A stretch of 64,000 nucleotides of DNA from Oikopleura dioica (Eukaryota; Animalia; Chordata): assembly GCA_907165135.1 (NCBI GenBank), contig OU015568.1, positions 16,627,208-16,691,207 of the forward strand, in the 5' to 3' direction. This document shows positions 35,741 to 47,767 of this stretch, one piece after another. Under the pieces are notes generated by a model. The model searched no databases, was not told the origin of the DNA, and was given only the letters and a program-made list of their open reading frames with translations. The translations under genes and the position numbers were made by a program. Each line of letters begins with the position of its first letter. Positions within the stretch are counted from its first letter, which is position 1.

Positions 35741-37555
35741 ACATGAATAGGGAAACTCGATGAAAAATGAGCTTTTTTCTGGGCTTAGTAGAGAGGGAGT
35801 ATAATACAGATTTTGAAAGCCCAGAAGCTGAGGATCATTTTGACTATTTACAGTATGGGGTTCGGGTCATGTCCTGGGGCGTTTTTGGGCGTCTAAAGTC
35901 CGGAAAATGGGGGTAGTTCCAGAAAAGGGATTAAATAAGTACCGGTAGTCCATCCTAAGGAAAGGCGGCTTACTTAAAGATGTAGAGGAGGCTCTGGCGG
36001 TTCAGAATCTGTATAGAAACCTATTGGGACCCCCACATTCTAGAGGCGCTAGAGGCTCTAGAAGTTGAGGAAGCTACTTCAAAAGCGGTACTTTTTTACG
36101 AAAAATTGCAGTAAGGGTTATATTTTTATCGGATATCGTCTTAAAAACGTTCCAATCAATTTTCGGATGTCAAAAATATCGTTTGGGGTAATTTGAGGTT
36201 ATTCGGGTAGAGTTTTGGCCAAATTCTATTTTTTCTCAAAAAATGACCCCAAGTGACCTCATGTAACCCCAAACGATATCTTCGACATCCGAAAATTGAT
36301 TGGAACGTTTTTAAGACGATTTCCGATAAAAATATAACCCTTACTGCAATTTTTCGTAAAAAAGTACCGATTTTGAGGTCACTCCCTCAACTTCTAGAGC
36401 CTCTAGCGCCTCTAGAATGTGGGGGTCCCAATAGGTTTCTATACAGATTCTGAACCGCCAGAGCCTCCTCTACAACTTTAAGTTAGCCGCCCTTTCTTAG
36501 GATGGACTACCGGTACTTATTTAATCCCTTTTCTGGGTCAATACTGAAAATGGCACGAATGGCACGAATGGCACGAAATCACTGAAAATGGCACGAAAAC
36601 AGAGACACATTTTTTTGCGAATTAACCTTGAGGAATATTATGAATTAAACTGGAAAATTAACGGATTTATTTGAAACGATAGTTATTAAACAACTTGAAA
36701 AGTTCATTAATCATGATCAAAAACAAAAAAAAATTTGAAACTTTTTTGAATTGACCGAAAATTCAGGCCCAAAGAGATTATTTTTTGAGTGAAATTCCTC
36801 AATTTTGCCATTGTCATTGATAAAAAATTGAAATAATAGTGATTTTAGCATAAATAATCAATTTTTCATTGAATATTCAAGTTATAAACGCCCGCTCCGC
36901 GGGTTTAATGGGAGGAAACTCAAGGGTTGAAAAACAATAACAAAAAGTCTCTAGAATCTTACTGAAAATGGCACGATGAAAAGACATGTTTTCGTGCCAT
37001 TCGTGCCATTCGTGCCATTTTCAGTACTGTCGCTTTTCTGGAACTACCGCCATTTTCCGGACTTTAGACGCCCAAAAACGCCCCAGGACATGTCCCAAAC
37101 CCCATACTTAGGGTGGGGATACAAAAAAATGGACTTTTTACTCGTAGGAGCAAAGATAAAAAATTTTTGGGAAAAGATATTTTATTGCCAACAAAAAAAA
37201 ATTCTTGAAAAAATTTGAATTTTGATTGTCACGTGATGAAAATCGCCATTAAAAGTGCCAAAAATGTCAAAATCGCCGAATAAACATGGATTTGTTTTAT
37301 TCTCGGATATGTGATAGAGAATTTGATTTTGAATCTATTTTGAAAAAATTTTCTGGGGCTGATTCCATCTTGTCACCAAAAATAAAGTCTCTACGACGTT
37401 TGCTGAGAAAGCTCATTTTTTGTGTCCCCTCCCTACCCATACTGTAAGTAGTCAAAATGATCCTTAGCTTCTGGGCTTTCAAAATCTGTATTATACTCCC
37501 TCTCTACTAAGCCTAGAAAAAGCTCATTTTTCATCGAGTTTCCCTAAACATGAAT
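35741..37555. repeat. Nested foldback complex
   Basis: Outer IR 35741-35860 / 37437-37555, second IR 35858-35930 / 37030-37102, a ~600-bp hairpin at 35920-36536, and (AATGGCACG)n / (CGTGCCATT)n tandem arrays at 36549-36596 and 36992-37019. Confidence 0.85.
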
Positions 37556-37749
37556 AATGGAGATAATAAAGAAATTATTTCTCATTGATTTCAAGTTTGG
37601 TTTTATTTTGGAAATAAATTTGCTACGACTAAAAATTACTGTTCGATTTTTTTATTGAAACTTTGGATTCGAAGAACATGCTTACTTTGAAAGGTATAAG
37701 AACAATATTTTTCAGTACGGATAAAATGAACTTTGAGCGGAGAAGAAGA

Positions 37750-39411
37750 TTGAATTTGCCTAGTGATCGATTCAGCCTGAATTGGTCATCAACATCTGCG
37801 AGTCTGATTTGTGTGGTGATTCTAAAGAAATTTTGAACGAAAAGAAAATTGAATGCTCAACCTTAACATGCTCTTTCTTTTGTCCGACCTCGGAAATCCT
37901 TTTTGGCAGTACTTGCAGACGAAAGTAAAATCTTTTAGGTGCCGGCGGAAGTGTCGGATGATCTCTTCTTTGGAATTGAACGTTCGAGTCATTGAATAAA
38001 AAGGGCAAAAATTGCATTTGAATGGTCGATCAGAGCCCTTGTAAGCATTTGCTCTATCTTTTACTTCTACGAAGTCGTGTCTCTCGCGGTTTTCGTAGAG
38101 ATACTGAAAAACTCTTTATAGTAGTTTCATGATCAAGCTTACCTGTGCTGCCATGAACAGTTCTTCCTCAGAAGCAGCGGAGTATTGTCCTCTATCCAAA
38201 AACAAGCTCCTGTAAGCCGTAATCTTTTCAGCAATTTGAGCGTCTGTTTGCGGATCTTCCACCACCAAATCTTGGTTGGATTTGGGTTCAAACGAACTCT
38301 GGCTTGTATTCACGAAATAGTCAAAAGTCTCGTGTGGACTATCAACAGGACCATGGACAACGCCTTCTACAGTATCACCAACGATGACTTGATTTGCAGC
38401 GTGAAAGTCTGTATCGGTATTCGGGTCGGCTTGGCTCTGTTCCGGACTGGAATGAATGCATGCGTGTGGCCTCCCCTTCGGGTCGGCTTGGCCCCCTTTT
38501 GGACTGTAATGAATGCGTGCGAGAGAATCATCAAATCTTGGCTTCTTTGCTTTAACGGTTTCACAATTTCGGTCTTTATGATCAGTTGATTGACGGATGG
38601 GGGGAGGGATGTCCCTCATTTTTGAAGTCTCCTCATAATTTGGCTAAAAATGTGTTTTTATGCATATTATGATAGTCACGTGACACTTATACGCTCCGAT
38701 AAGGCCTTATGAAAAATCACAGTACTTGATCCGTATGACCATAATCATCAGGGACGAAATTCTTCCGTGAAGTCATCGGATTGTCAGCAATTGATGTTGA
38801 TGAGTTCGAAGGCATCCAATCTATTGGGCCTGAAATAAGTGAAATACTGAGGATGACGAAAGGCGTTACCAGGACTGCAGATTTGCTCTTGTCCAAAAAA
38901 AGGTTGATTATTAATTTTGAAGGGGGAAAACGAATGTCGAATCGGGCAGCTCGGATTTGGAGCCGGCAGATCAGTGTCGTTCATGAGCCACTGGGTGATT
39001 ACGGCAACTCTTTCTCTTTCCATTTTTTGTTTCTCCGGCGTCTTCTCTTTCTCGTCCATTCTGGCAATAAATTCGAGAGCGCTTTCAAAGTCCTCCAAGT
39101 TCTTTTGCTGATTTTCGTAATTCCCCGGTTGCCCTTCATTTCCACTACCGTTGCAGGTGTTCATGGGTTGACAGTGAAACCATCTGTAAAATTCACTGTT
39201 TGCTTCGAGAGAATCTTCATGCCCAGATTGGATATCTTCATCCGCTGAAAAATTTGTTTTTCAACCGAGAATGAATTTATCGAATTGAGGGGGGTCCTTA
39301 AAATAAACAAAGTCTACCTGTTGTATTAGGAAATGCAGTTATTGGAATGCCTTCAAAGAATTCACTCTCTGGTTCAAAACAATTGGTGTAAAAATTGTAA
39401 GCCTCTTCCAT
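37750..39411 (-). CDS. Lineage-specific C2H2 protein, paralog B (possibly frameshifted or a pseudogene)
   Basis: High nucleotide identity to paralog A exons (LEDFESALEF...VITQWLMNDTD; AKKPRFDDSL...DTDFHAANQVIVG). Fingers CNFCPF...IIRHFRRH and CKYCQKGFPRSDK, followed by a 1-nt deficit before the His. Confidence 0.65.
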
Positions 39412-39554
39412 GAATATTCTCTATCGTCTGAGCCCAAGTTCAGTAGCACCGATTGTTTTATCCATTTCAAAAGGGAAAAAGGGCAAAGAAGTCGACAGAG
39501 CTAATCATGGAAGATTTGTTTTATTTCGCTATTCATCGACGTTGAGATGGTGGA

Positions 39555-40590
39555 TTATGGTTAGTTTTACGACGTGAGTGAGCGAGCGCGAGTAGACACT
39601 CAACAATTTTTTTCGTAAGTGAGTGAGCGCGAGCGCAGGTAGACGGCGGATTCCATTCTTTGTGAAGAATGATTCTTTATTCAAAGAATGGTTCTTTTTC
39701 GCAAAGAATCGTTCTTTTATAAGAATAACTAAAAGGACGGAAAAACCTTTTTTTACCTAATTGTCTCTAGAATATTGAAAAAAGAATGATTCTTTAAAAA
39801 GAATGAAATCCGCCGTCACCCCGAGCGCAGACCCAAAATATTTTTGTTGAGTGAGCGAGCACGAGCGCTCGCTCGCTCGCTCACGCTCACTCGCAGCTTT
39901 TCGGGGGCCTTTCTAGCGAGTTTTTCTTTCAATATTTTAATAATTATGATTTTTAACACATTATTCAATTTAAAAAGTCAATTACGGGCATTCTAACGCG
40001 ATCAAAAGAAAAATTTCTCAAATATCGTAACACTTTGTCTCCAGGTTAGATAAACTTTAACTTCTCAATACACGGGCGCGCAACTAAGCGCTCAAAACAC
40101 GGGGTCGGGTGAGGGGACCACAATGCATTATTCAGCCCCGCGCGGCGCGCAAAATTCGGATTGTCAGAAAGAGCGCTCAAAACTTTTAGCTTTAACTTTC
40201 GTTTGCGGCGGGTAAAAAGGTAACAATTCATATCCCTGGAAAGCTTGAACACTCACCTATCAGGATAAACAATTACTTTTGAAAAACACTTTCTGGATTT
40301 GCAGCTGTAGAATGAAAGATGAATCCGATGCAAAACGCCACCACTTTTGAGAAAACATCCAAAATTTCAGAAAGTGGTTCGTTTTAGTCATCTTAGCTCA
40401 CATTACAAAAATCAGGTCAAACGGATTATCACAAGAGAAATAACGGCGGCTCAAACTCGCCGTGGTCGGTTGAACCGACCACGTGTATTGAGAAGTTAAA
40501 TGACTGTTGGCGAGCGCGAGTGAGGAGGAGCGGCGGCCCGGAATTTTATGGTGAGCGAGTGAGCATGAGCGCTCACCATTTTTTCAAACT
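39555..40590. repeat. GTGAGTGAGCGAGCGC-rich palindromic repeat region
   Basis: Repeated GTGAGCGAGC motifs, plus an AAAGAAT/ATTCTTT palindrome at about 39645-39813. Confidence 0.55.
40057..40499. mobile_element. TTAA-flanked MITE (piggyBac-like)
   Basis: TTAACTTCTCAATACACG and CGTGTATTGAGAAGTTAA form a perfect 18-bp IR. Confidence 0.7.
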
Positions 40591-40704
40591 CTGATCACGT
40601 ACAGGTCACTTCATGCAATGATGACTGTAATAAGGAATATTATAATTTTTATCTAACCATTTGTTGTTCAATTCAGGCAAGAAAGCGACTGTTTTTCTTG
40701 GGCC

Positions 40705-41935
40705 TACTTCAAATCAACAAAAAATACCAGTGCCATCGAATCGACAAAAAATACCTTAATCTGGGCATGTGCGGCCCGGCTCTCCAGTTCACAAGAAATA
40801 TTTCATTCAAGGTCAATAAAGGGTTCACAGTTGATCTTATTGAAAGAAATCAAGTGAAATAATGAGACTTCAGATCAAACTGCGTTGAACTCAAAGATTG
40901 CGAAGACGGTAAAGATGAGAGAGACTCTAGTAGCCAACAAGGTTCAGTAACGACCAAACAAACAGCGATAACTAAAAGAACTATCAAGATAATTTCAAAA
41001 AAATTTTTGCGGGTCTGAAAATCGTAAAAATTCTGAAAGTGCAGCTTTCTTCAGCTTTTTGAGACGAGTCGAATGGTGGTTCAAACTCTTGATGACTCCA
41101 AGGATTTACCGGTTAACCGGCTGGTTACCGGAAAATACGTTTCCGGTCGCCGTTTTTGTTCTAGAAATGCTAGGATGATGAATGAACCCGGAAACTGATC
41201 CTTATGGTCAGTTTTACTGTGGGCAAAAGGATATTGGTCAAATATATAGCGTAACTTTTTTTAACGATAAAAATTCTAAATTTTGTATGTATTTCGTTGT
41301 TGCTGCACCTTCCTAAATTTCAGTCCCATTTTCATAACAAAATAGAATTTTGGTGATAAGCATCTTATGGTTAGAGATATGATTCTCATTTTTTCGCCCA
41401 CAGAAGAACTAACTTCAAGGACCAGTTTCCCCCTTTTTTTGTCATTCTAGCATTTCTAGAACAAAAACGGCGACCGGAAATGTATTTTTCGGGAAATTGC
41501 CGGTTAACCGGTCAATCATTGGAGTCATCAAAAGTTTGACACATCATTCGACTCGTCTCGACGAGCTGAAGAAAACTGCACTTTCAGATTTTTTGTGATT
41601 TCTGGACCCGCAAATTTTTTTTTGAAATTATCCAAAAGGAAGCGATGATATTTCAGGCAAAATTTTGGTGGGTGAGGAAATTCGATAACGGGACGCTTTT
41701 TTTTTTCTCCAAATCGATTAAAGTTTAGGGTTGCATTTTTCACTCTGCCTTCAAGGCTAAATCTTGATCGCAAAAATAAGACAAGCAACTACAAAATCAA
41801 CTACTACGAGACGAACCACAACAACAGTAAAATCGTCGACAACAAAAAAAAAACGGGTAAATAATAATATTTAAAGTTATAAATAGTAGATATTCTCATA
41901 ATCGTGTTTATCGCCCTCTTGCTTCGTGTCAATCG
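40705..41935 (+). pseudogene. Degenerate duplicate of the astacin 3' exons, split by a foldback insertion
   Basis: 40705-40987 matches 30556-30830 (KKYQCHRIDKKYLNLGMCG; KDCEDGKDERD). 41770-41935 matches the Thr-rich and last exons. Stops and frameshifts are present. Confidence 0.75.
40988..41632. mobile_element. Foldback element with ~190-bp inverted arms
   Basis: 40988-41180 is the reverse complement of 41442-41632. Confidence 0.8.
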
Positions 41936-42119
41936 AAAGGGAGTTCCCAAGATTCTCGATCGCGTTTCAGAGGGAAAGAGGTGTTTATGAAAATCAGTCG
42001 AGAAAAGTTGTCGTTATAGCGCGTCATCAAAAGTCAAACATTTGCCAAAAGTTTCATCAACTTACTGAAGTACTACTTCCTCCCAGAGCTCATTTGCATC
42101 ATAAATCGTCGAAAGATCG

Positions 42120-44464
42120 ATGATTTCCTCCCGCCAGGTAATTTTTTTATGAGAAATATGGAAATGAGAGAGAAATTGTGAATATTTTAGATTTTCCTTT
42201 TGCTCCTCAGAGCTGTTTTTGGGAACGAAAATGATTCCGAAAACCCCCGCCCGGAGACATTCAAATTGACCATCGTGCATACAAATGATGTTCACGCTCA
42301 TTTTGTGGAATCTGATGCATAGTAAGTACCCCTTTGAAATCATAGAAGAGAATATACGAAATTATCTACGAAAGCGACCCTCCCTCCGAATCCTACAGAA
42401 ATCATCGCCCTTTTATTTGAATTCAAAACCATTTTCAAATTTTCAGCGGCAATGCCTGTAAACCAGAAGGTCCATGCTACGGCGGAGCAGCTAGAAGAGC
42501 AACTTTGATCAACGAAATCCGAAGAAACCGTGAAAACCCAGTTCTCGTTCTCGACGCCGGGGACCAAAGTCAAGGCACTCCTTGGTACAACACTTACAAA
42601 GGCGCTGCCGCGGCAAATTTTGTTTCTGTCCTCGGCTACGATGCGTTTATTATCGGAAATCACGAGTTTGACCGCGGCGTGGACAATTTCGTCGAGCATT
42701 TTATCGGTAATTTCACAGCTGGCAGCAAAGTTCCGATTCTATCGGCAAATATTGACGCAAAGAACGAGCCTTCTCTCCAAGGCGAATTCCAGAAGACCCT
42801 TTCTCTCGATATCGAACAACTAAAGGAACGATTTTATCAGAAAAAAGCTCGAAATTGAAATTGAATATGAAAAGAAAATCGCCAAAGATCGGAATAATCG
42901 GCTACACAACGGAAGAAACTCCGGAAATTTCCGACACAGGAAATCTCATTTTCGAAACCGTCAAGGAAGAGAGCGCAAAACTCAGAATGAGCGAAAATGC
43001 CGATATTCTCATCGGAGTCGGCCATTACGGTCTGTCAGAGGACAAGCTAATGGCCAGTCAGGTAGATCTTGATGTGATCATTGGAGGACACAGCCACAGC
43101 TTGATGTACACGGACCAGCTCGATATTGATCCGATTGATGCTGACAAGTCAAAAGGGCCTTATCCGACGTGGGAGAAAAACGTCCACGGAAATGATCTTC
43201 CGATTTGCCACGCATTCGAATATGGGAGAGGGCTCGATTCAAGATCCTCTCATGCTTTTTGTGGGAAAGAGAATTGAGCCCTGGATAGAAAATACTTGGG
43301 AGTAGTAGACTTGGAATTCCACCTCGTTGATGGAAAATACGTTCTGCAGAAAGATCTGGTCCGCGGCGCTCCTAGAATCCTGGACGAGAAAATTGAGAAG
43401 GACAAGGATGTTCTCGCTGAAATCGAGAAATGGAAAGTCGCGGTCGACCAGCTGACCGAGGAAGAAATCGGATACGCTTTAACATTCTTAGACGGAGACA
43501 GAACCAGCTGCCGTCGTCGAGAGTGCACGATGGGTAACTGGGCCGCCGATGCCGTAGTTCACCACCAAAATCGACTTTTTCCGCCGGTTCCGACGCTGCT
43601 CCCACAGCATGTCACATAGCTATGCTCGGCTCAGGAGGAATAAGAGCCTCGATTTCAGCCGGAAAAGTCAATTACGGGCAGATGCTGACGGTTTTTCCAT
43701 TTGATGGGTTTTTCGACTCACTTGTGGTCAATGGGACTATATTGAGGCAAACTGTGGAAACCGGGGTGCGGAGATATGTCGAAGCTGCAGGAATCGGGGT
43801 ACATACTAGCGTCATTGACATTTAGGACTGTTTATCAGATGAATGAATCGGAGCCTGAAGGTTTCCAGACAAATCATTATTTCCGCAGAAAACTTTTTTC
43901 AATAAATTCCGGAAAATAGAATAGAGTTCATTTTATGAACCCGCTTCAAGACTCTAACCCTGGAGAATTCCTACAGTTCTCAGGCGTCAAAGTCGTTTAT
44001 GACATGGAAAAAGAACCATTTTCCAGAGTCGCCGATCTCAAAGTCAAAACTCAGGACGAAACAACTGGAGAACTTTCTTACGCCGAAATCGTCGAGGAAA
44101 AAGAATACTGCTTTGTTTCGAGCGATTTCTTGGCTGCGAAGGGAGGTGATGGATATGACTTGCTCAGGACAGGATTCTTGCTAATTCCTCGTTGTTTTCG
44201 AGAGAATTCATAAAGAATCATTTGAATAGAGATCCAGAAATTCAACTGACTAGAAAACGCCTTGGAATTGACATTGAAGTAACTGTGGAAGCAACGAAGC
44301 TATTCTCGCCTATCAAAAGTGCCTTAGAAGGTAGAATAACATTTGCTGAGCCTGCAGATGACATTGGATCGACAACAGAAGCGACGACAGAAGAAACAAC
44401 TTCTAGTGCCGCTGCTGTATCTGCTTGTCTCTTAACCTTCGCACTCGCCATTTTCAATCAATGA
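42120..44464 (+). CDS. NT5E: Ecto-5'-nucleotidase (CD73-like), GPI-anchored
   Basis: Signal peptide, TIVHTNDVHAH, CYGGAARR, LDAGDQSQGTPWY, GNHEFD, DVIIGGHSH, CRRRECTMGNW, GGIRASI, FLQFSG, GGDGY and a C-terminal hydrophobic tail. Confidence 0.92.
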
Positions 44465-44666
44465 TCAATTCGGAAAATGAGAGAATGAAGATAGATCTGC
44501 TAGTTCTCGAATTGCTTCTCTGATGATTTTGCTTGGAACACTGTTTATTTAATAAACTCGCTCGTAAAATAGTTTTTCTTTATTTGAAGGGAATATACTT
44601 TGTTGCTTTTGAAGCGATAGGCTAGCGATAGCTTTTTCAGTCGAGAATAAACAAGGCGGATTTAAC

Positions 44667-45927
44667 TTAAAAATGACAGTGAAACGGTCGATTCAGCCAG
44701 AATGACCTGCAGAATCTCGCAGGGTTTTCTTCTTATTCGCTGCTCGAGGTCGTTTTGCGCGGAGTGGAACTTGTGGATGCTTTTTCTTGACAAATTTTAT
44801 TGGAAATTTCATGAGATGAGCTTACCTTCATGTGCTCATCGAACTTGTCTTGCCGATAGAATCCTTTCGGGTTCCAGGCTGGGCAGTGGCTGCAGTTGAA
44901 CTTGAAATGTCCTAAGTGCTGGCAGAAGTGACGCCATAAAGCTTCCATTGTTTTGAAGCTTCGAACTTGGGGCGAGAATAGCGGGCAGAAATCACACTGA
45001 AAGTGACGATCACGATCGCAGGTTCCATTCGCTCTATCTTTCACCGGTTGGACCTGGTCGTGAGAGAGGAGAAACTAAAATCGTCCCTCATAAAAAATTT
45101 GTATTGATTTTTAAATTTACTTCTGCAGCAGCTTTTCGTGTTTCCTCAGGAGTGGTAGCAAAGAGATGCTTCTTCAAAAATATATCTTTGAAAGACGCAA
45201 TCATATTATCAGAAGCCTGTGGCACGACCAAAACTTGGTTGTCTTCAGGTGGATTTTCTTGAATTGGTAATTGCTGGACATCGTCGTTTTGAAACGAAGA
45301 CACAGGCTGAATGGGTAGAAGTTCGTGCAACTGTATCTCGTCGAGATCCGTCAATACAATCCGATTATCAGCATGAAAATCGACGTTATCGTTGTTGTTT
45401 TGTTGAAATGACTTTGCATGGGAATCCTCAAGAGAGTTCTTTGTAAATCCATCTTTGAGCTCGACGAAACTTCCCTGGAGTCTGATTCTTTTCGCTCCTG
45501 TGTCTTCATAAACGACTATTTCTTCCTGAAGGACGGTTGAAGACCGGATCTCGCGGTTGATAGTGGGATTCTCTTCGATATTCATCTAATTGATGATTAG
45601 TTAATATTATTTGCAACAAATCCGTTAACTACCTCTCCATGAAGGTCATCAAAAGATCCAAAAGTAAACATATTGTCGAATTGTCGGGTTTTCTCCGTAG
45701 GAAAATCTTCGATTTCACTGAGATGAGGCAGAGAAGATGAATTCGTTGGATAATGAGTATGAACATTTGAACCATCTCCGTGAATATCAAGGGCGCCTGA
45801 ATAATGACGCTGATGATCTGGTAATTACTCTTTTAAGCTTTCAGTTACCTGAATATTGAGGAAATGCGGATGAGTTTATATGCTCTTCTGGGCAGAAATT
45901 ATGAAAATCGCCAGGCAGTGAGTTCAT
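44667..45927 (-). CDS. Lineage-specific C2H2 protein, paralog C
   Basis: CDFCPLF...ALWRHFCQHLG and FNCSHCP...FYRQDKFDEHMK. Shares AKR..., DFHADN and first-exon AFP motifs with paralogs A and B. Confidence 0.7.
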
Positions 45928-46115
45928 TATTATTTATTATTTTCTCTGAAAAGCGATGTTTTTCAAGTGAGCAAGATTGACTCTGTCGCAACTTTTCATT
46001 GTGCTGGAAAGAAGGGAAAGAAAGAAGGGAAAGTGGTAAACAACGCTTTCGTAACAACTATTCTCCACATTCCTAAAGCCTCGTAAAAGTTGTTTTGGAT
46101 GAATCAAGAACTGAT

Positions 46116-46696
46116 TTATTCGTCTCCAAAAGACAGTAATTTCGAATTTTTAACGGCTTTCATTTTCGACTTCTTTTTCTTCTTCTTTTCGGACTTTTCA
46201 GACTTCAGCCCGACTTGTATAACCGTCGATTTCTTGGGCTCAACTTGGGGCAAAGTATTCTTCTCTTCCGGGTCCGTAGCAGATGGTTTTGACTCATCCG
46301 TTGTGGATTTGGCAGTGTTGGATGATTCCTCGGGTGATTTGCCTTCAGCTTTCGCTTTCTCGGCCTTTTGTGCGTCTAAATCTCTTATAAAAGGTCACAT
46401 CTGTATCCTTGGAAACTTCTACCTTTGAAGGAATGTTTCAGCTTCGTTAGCGGAAACGCCTTTTCCTAGCTCAACTTGGGGAAGCTAAAAAATATGAACA
46501 AAAAACCGCGAAAGGCGTGAAACTCTACCTCATCGTCGAGTTCTCTTTCGTCGAAATCCTTCATCAACTTTGCTTTCTTCGCCTCCATATCTTTGTCTTC
46601 TTCCGGTTCTTGGTAACCGACTCGTTTTTTGAAGGCCGCTAGAAAAGCGGGCTCCCCGCCCATGCCGGAATATTGGACTTTTTGACGCTTCGACAT
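46116..46696 (-). CDS. KIAA1143: KIAA1143/DUF4604 family protein
   Basis: MSKRQKVQY...EPAFLAAFKKRVGYQE...KNSKLLSFGDE*. Confidence 0.8.
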
Positions 46697-46856
46697 TGTT
46701 TTATTTTACTCTGAAAATTAATGATGCCGAAAAATTGGACAATCAATGTTTTCAATTTCAATTTTATTTTTCAGAATGAAGAAGTGTAAATTTATCTAAA
46801 TAAAGCTGCTCTCGTATAGAAAGAGTAAAATAGTCTACTATTCACAGAAAATGAAA

Positions 46857-47686
46857 TCAGCGCTGTTGAACATAGCCGCCTTGGGACTGTATTCTTCTCA
46901 TTTTCTTTTCCATTTTTAGCTTTTTCTTGTCCGCCCGTTCGTCTTCTTCTGGAGATGGAGCTTGGAAGATCCAGGGAGCTACGAAAAATAAACATAATGA
47001 ATCTATTTTCACTCTTACCGATGAAATTCGTCCAGATTTTGACGACGGCTACGATTGGAATGATGATCCAAAGCCACCAGCCGTAGATGGAAAAGAGCGA
47101 AATAACTTCGCAAAGTACAGTAATGTACAGAATATCCTTCGCTTGCTCCGCTGTTCCTGTGGAAACATTGATGTCTAATCCCGATTTGATCATCGCGGAG
47201 AGCATCCAGTAAATGGCGATGTGGACGAAAAGACTAAAAAAGTTGATTAAAATTGATTTGAAAAAGACTAATAGATGATAAAAGTCAATAATGGATAAAA
47301 ATAAGACTTAAAACTTTAAATATAAATTGGCTAAAATTGAGTTAGAGCATAATTAGACTAAAATGACTATTTTGACTAAAAATGACTTAAATGAGGCTTA
47401 TCTAATAACGACTAAAATGCGATGAAAACTTGACTAAAAAGAAAGCCTTGAATACAATCGTATTTACGACTGAAATTAGAAATTATTTGACTAAAAATTG
47501 GACTAAAAAGCTAGGAAATTACCCAAAAAGAGGCAGTGAGTAGCCATAATCATGAAGATACGTCGCTAGTGCACTGACAGCCAAGCCGAAGAGGCCGATT
47601 AAATTGTTGAATTTGAAGCTTTCTTTGTTTTCCAAATCAATTTGCTTCTGCCCTTTCGTGCCTTCCTTCCCTTTTTGCGGCGCCAT
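46857..47686 (-). CDS. TMEM208: Transmembrane protein 208 (SND2)
   Basis: MAPQKGKEGTKGQKQIDLENK...GLDINVSTGTAEQAKDILY...WWLWIIIP...APWIFQ...KMEKKMRR. Confidence 0.88.
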
Positions 47687-47767
47687 GGCAGCTCTAGAAA
47701 TTGCAAAGGATGAATCGAAAGAAGTTTTGATTGAAGCAGTCGGAGTTTAGTTTCGCAATGTACAATT

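Noticed and set aside
36549-37019. Short direct repeats that could be mistaken for a CRISPR-like array
   Set aside because: Head-to-tail 9-mers without unique spacers in a eukaryotic foldback element; no cas genes.
47230-47520. GACTAAAA-rich tract in the TMEM208 intron
   Set aside because: Degenerate low-complexity or MITE-derived sequence with no definable unit or ends.
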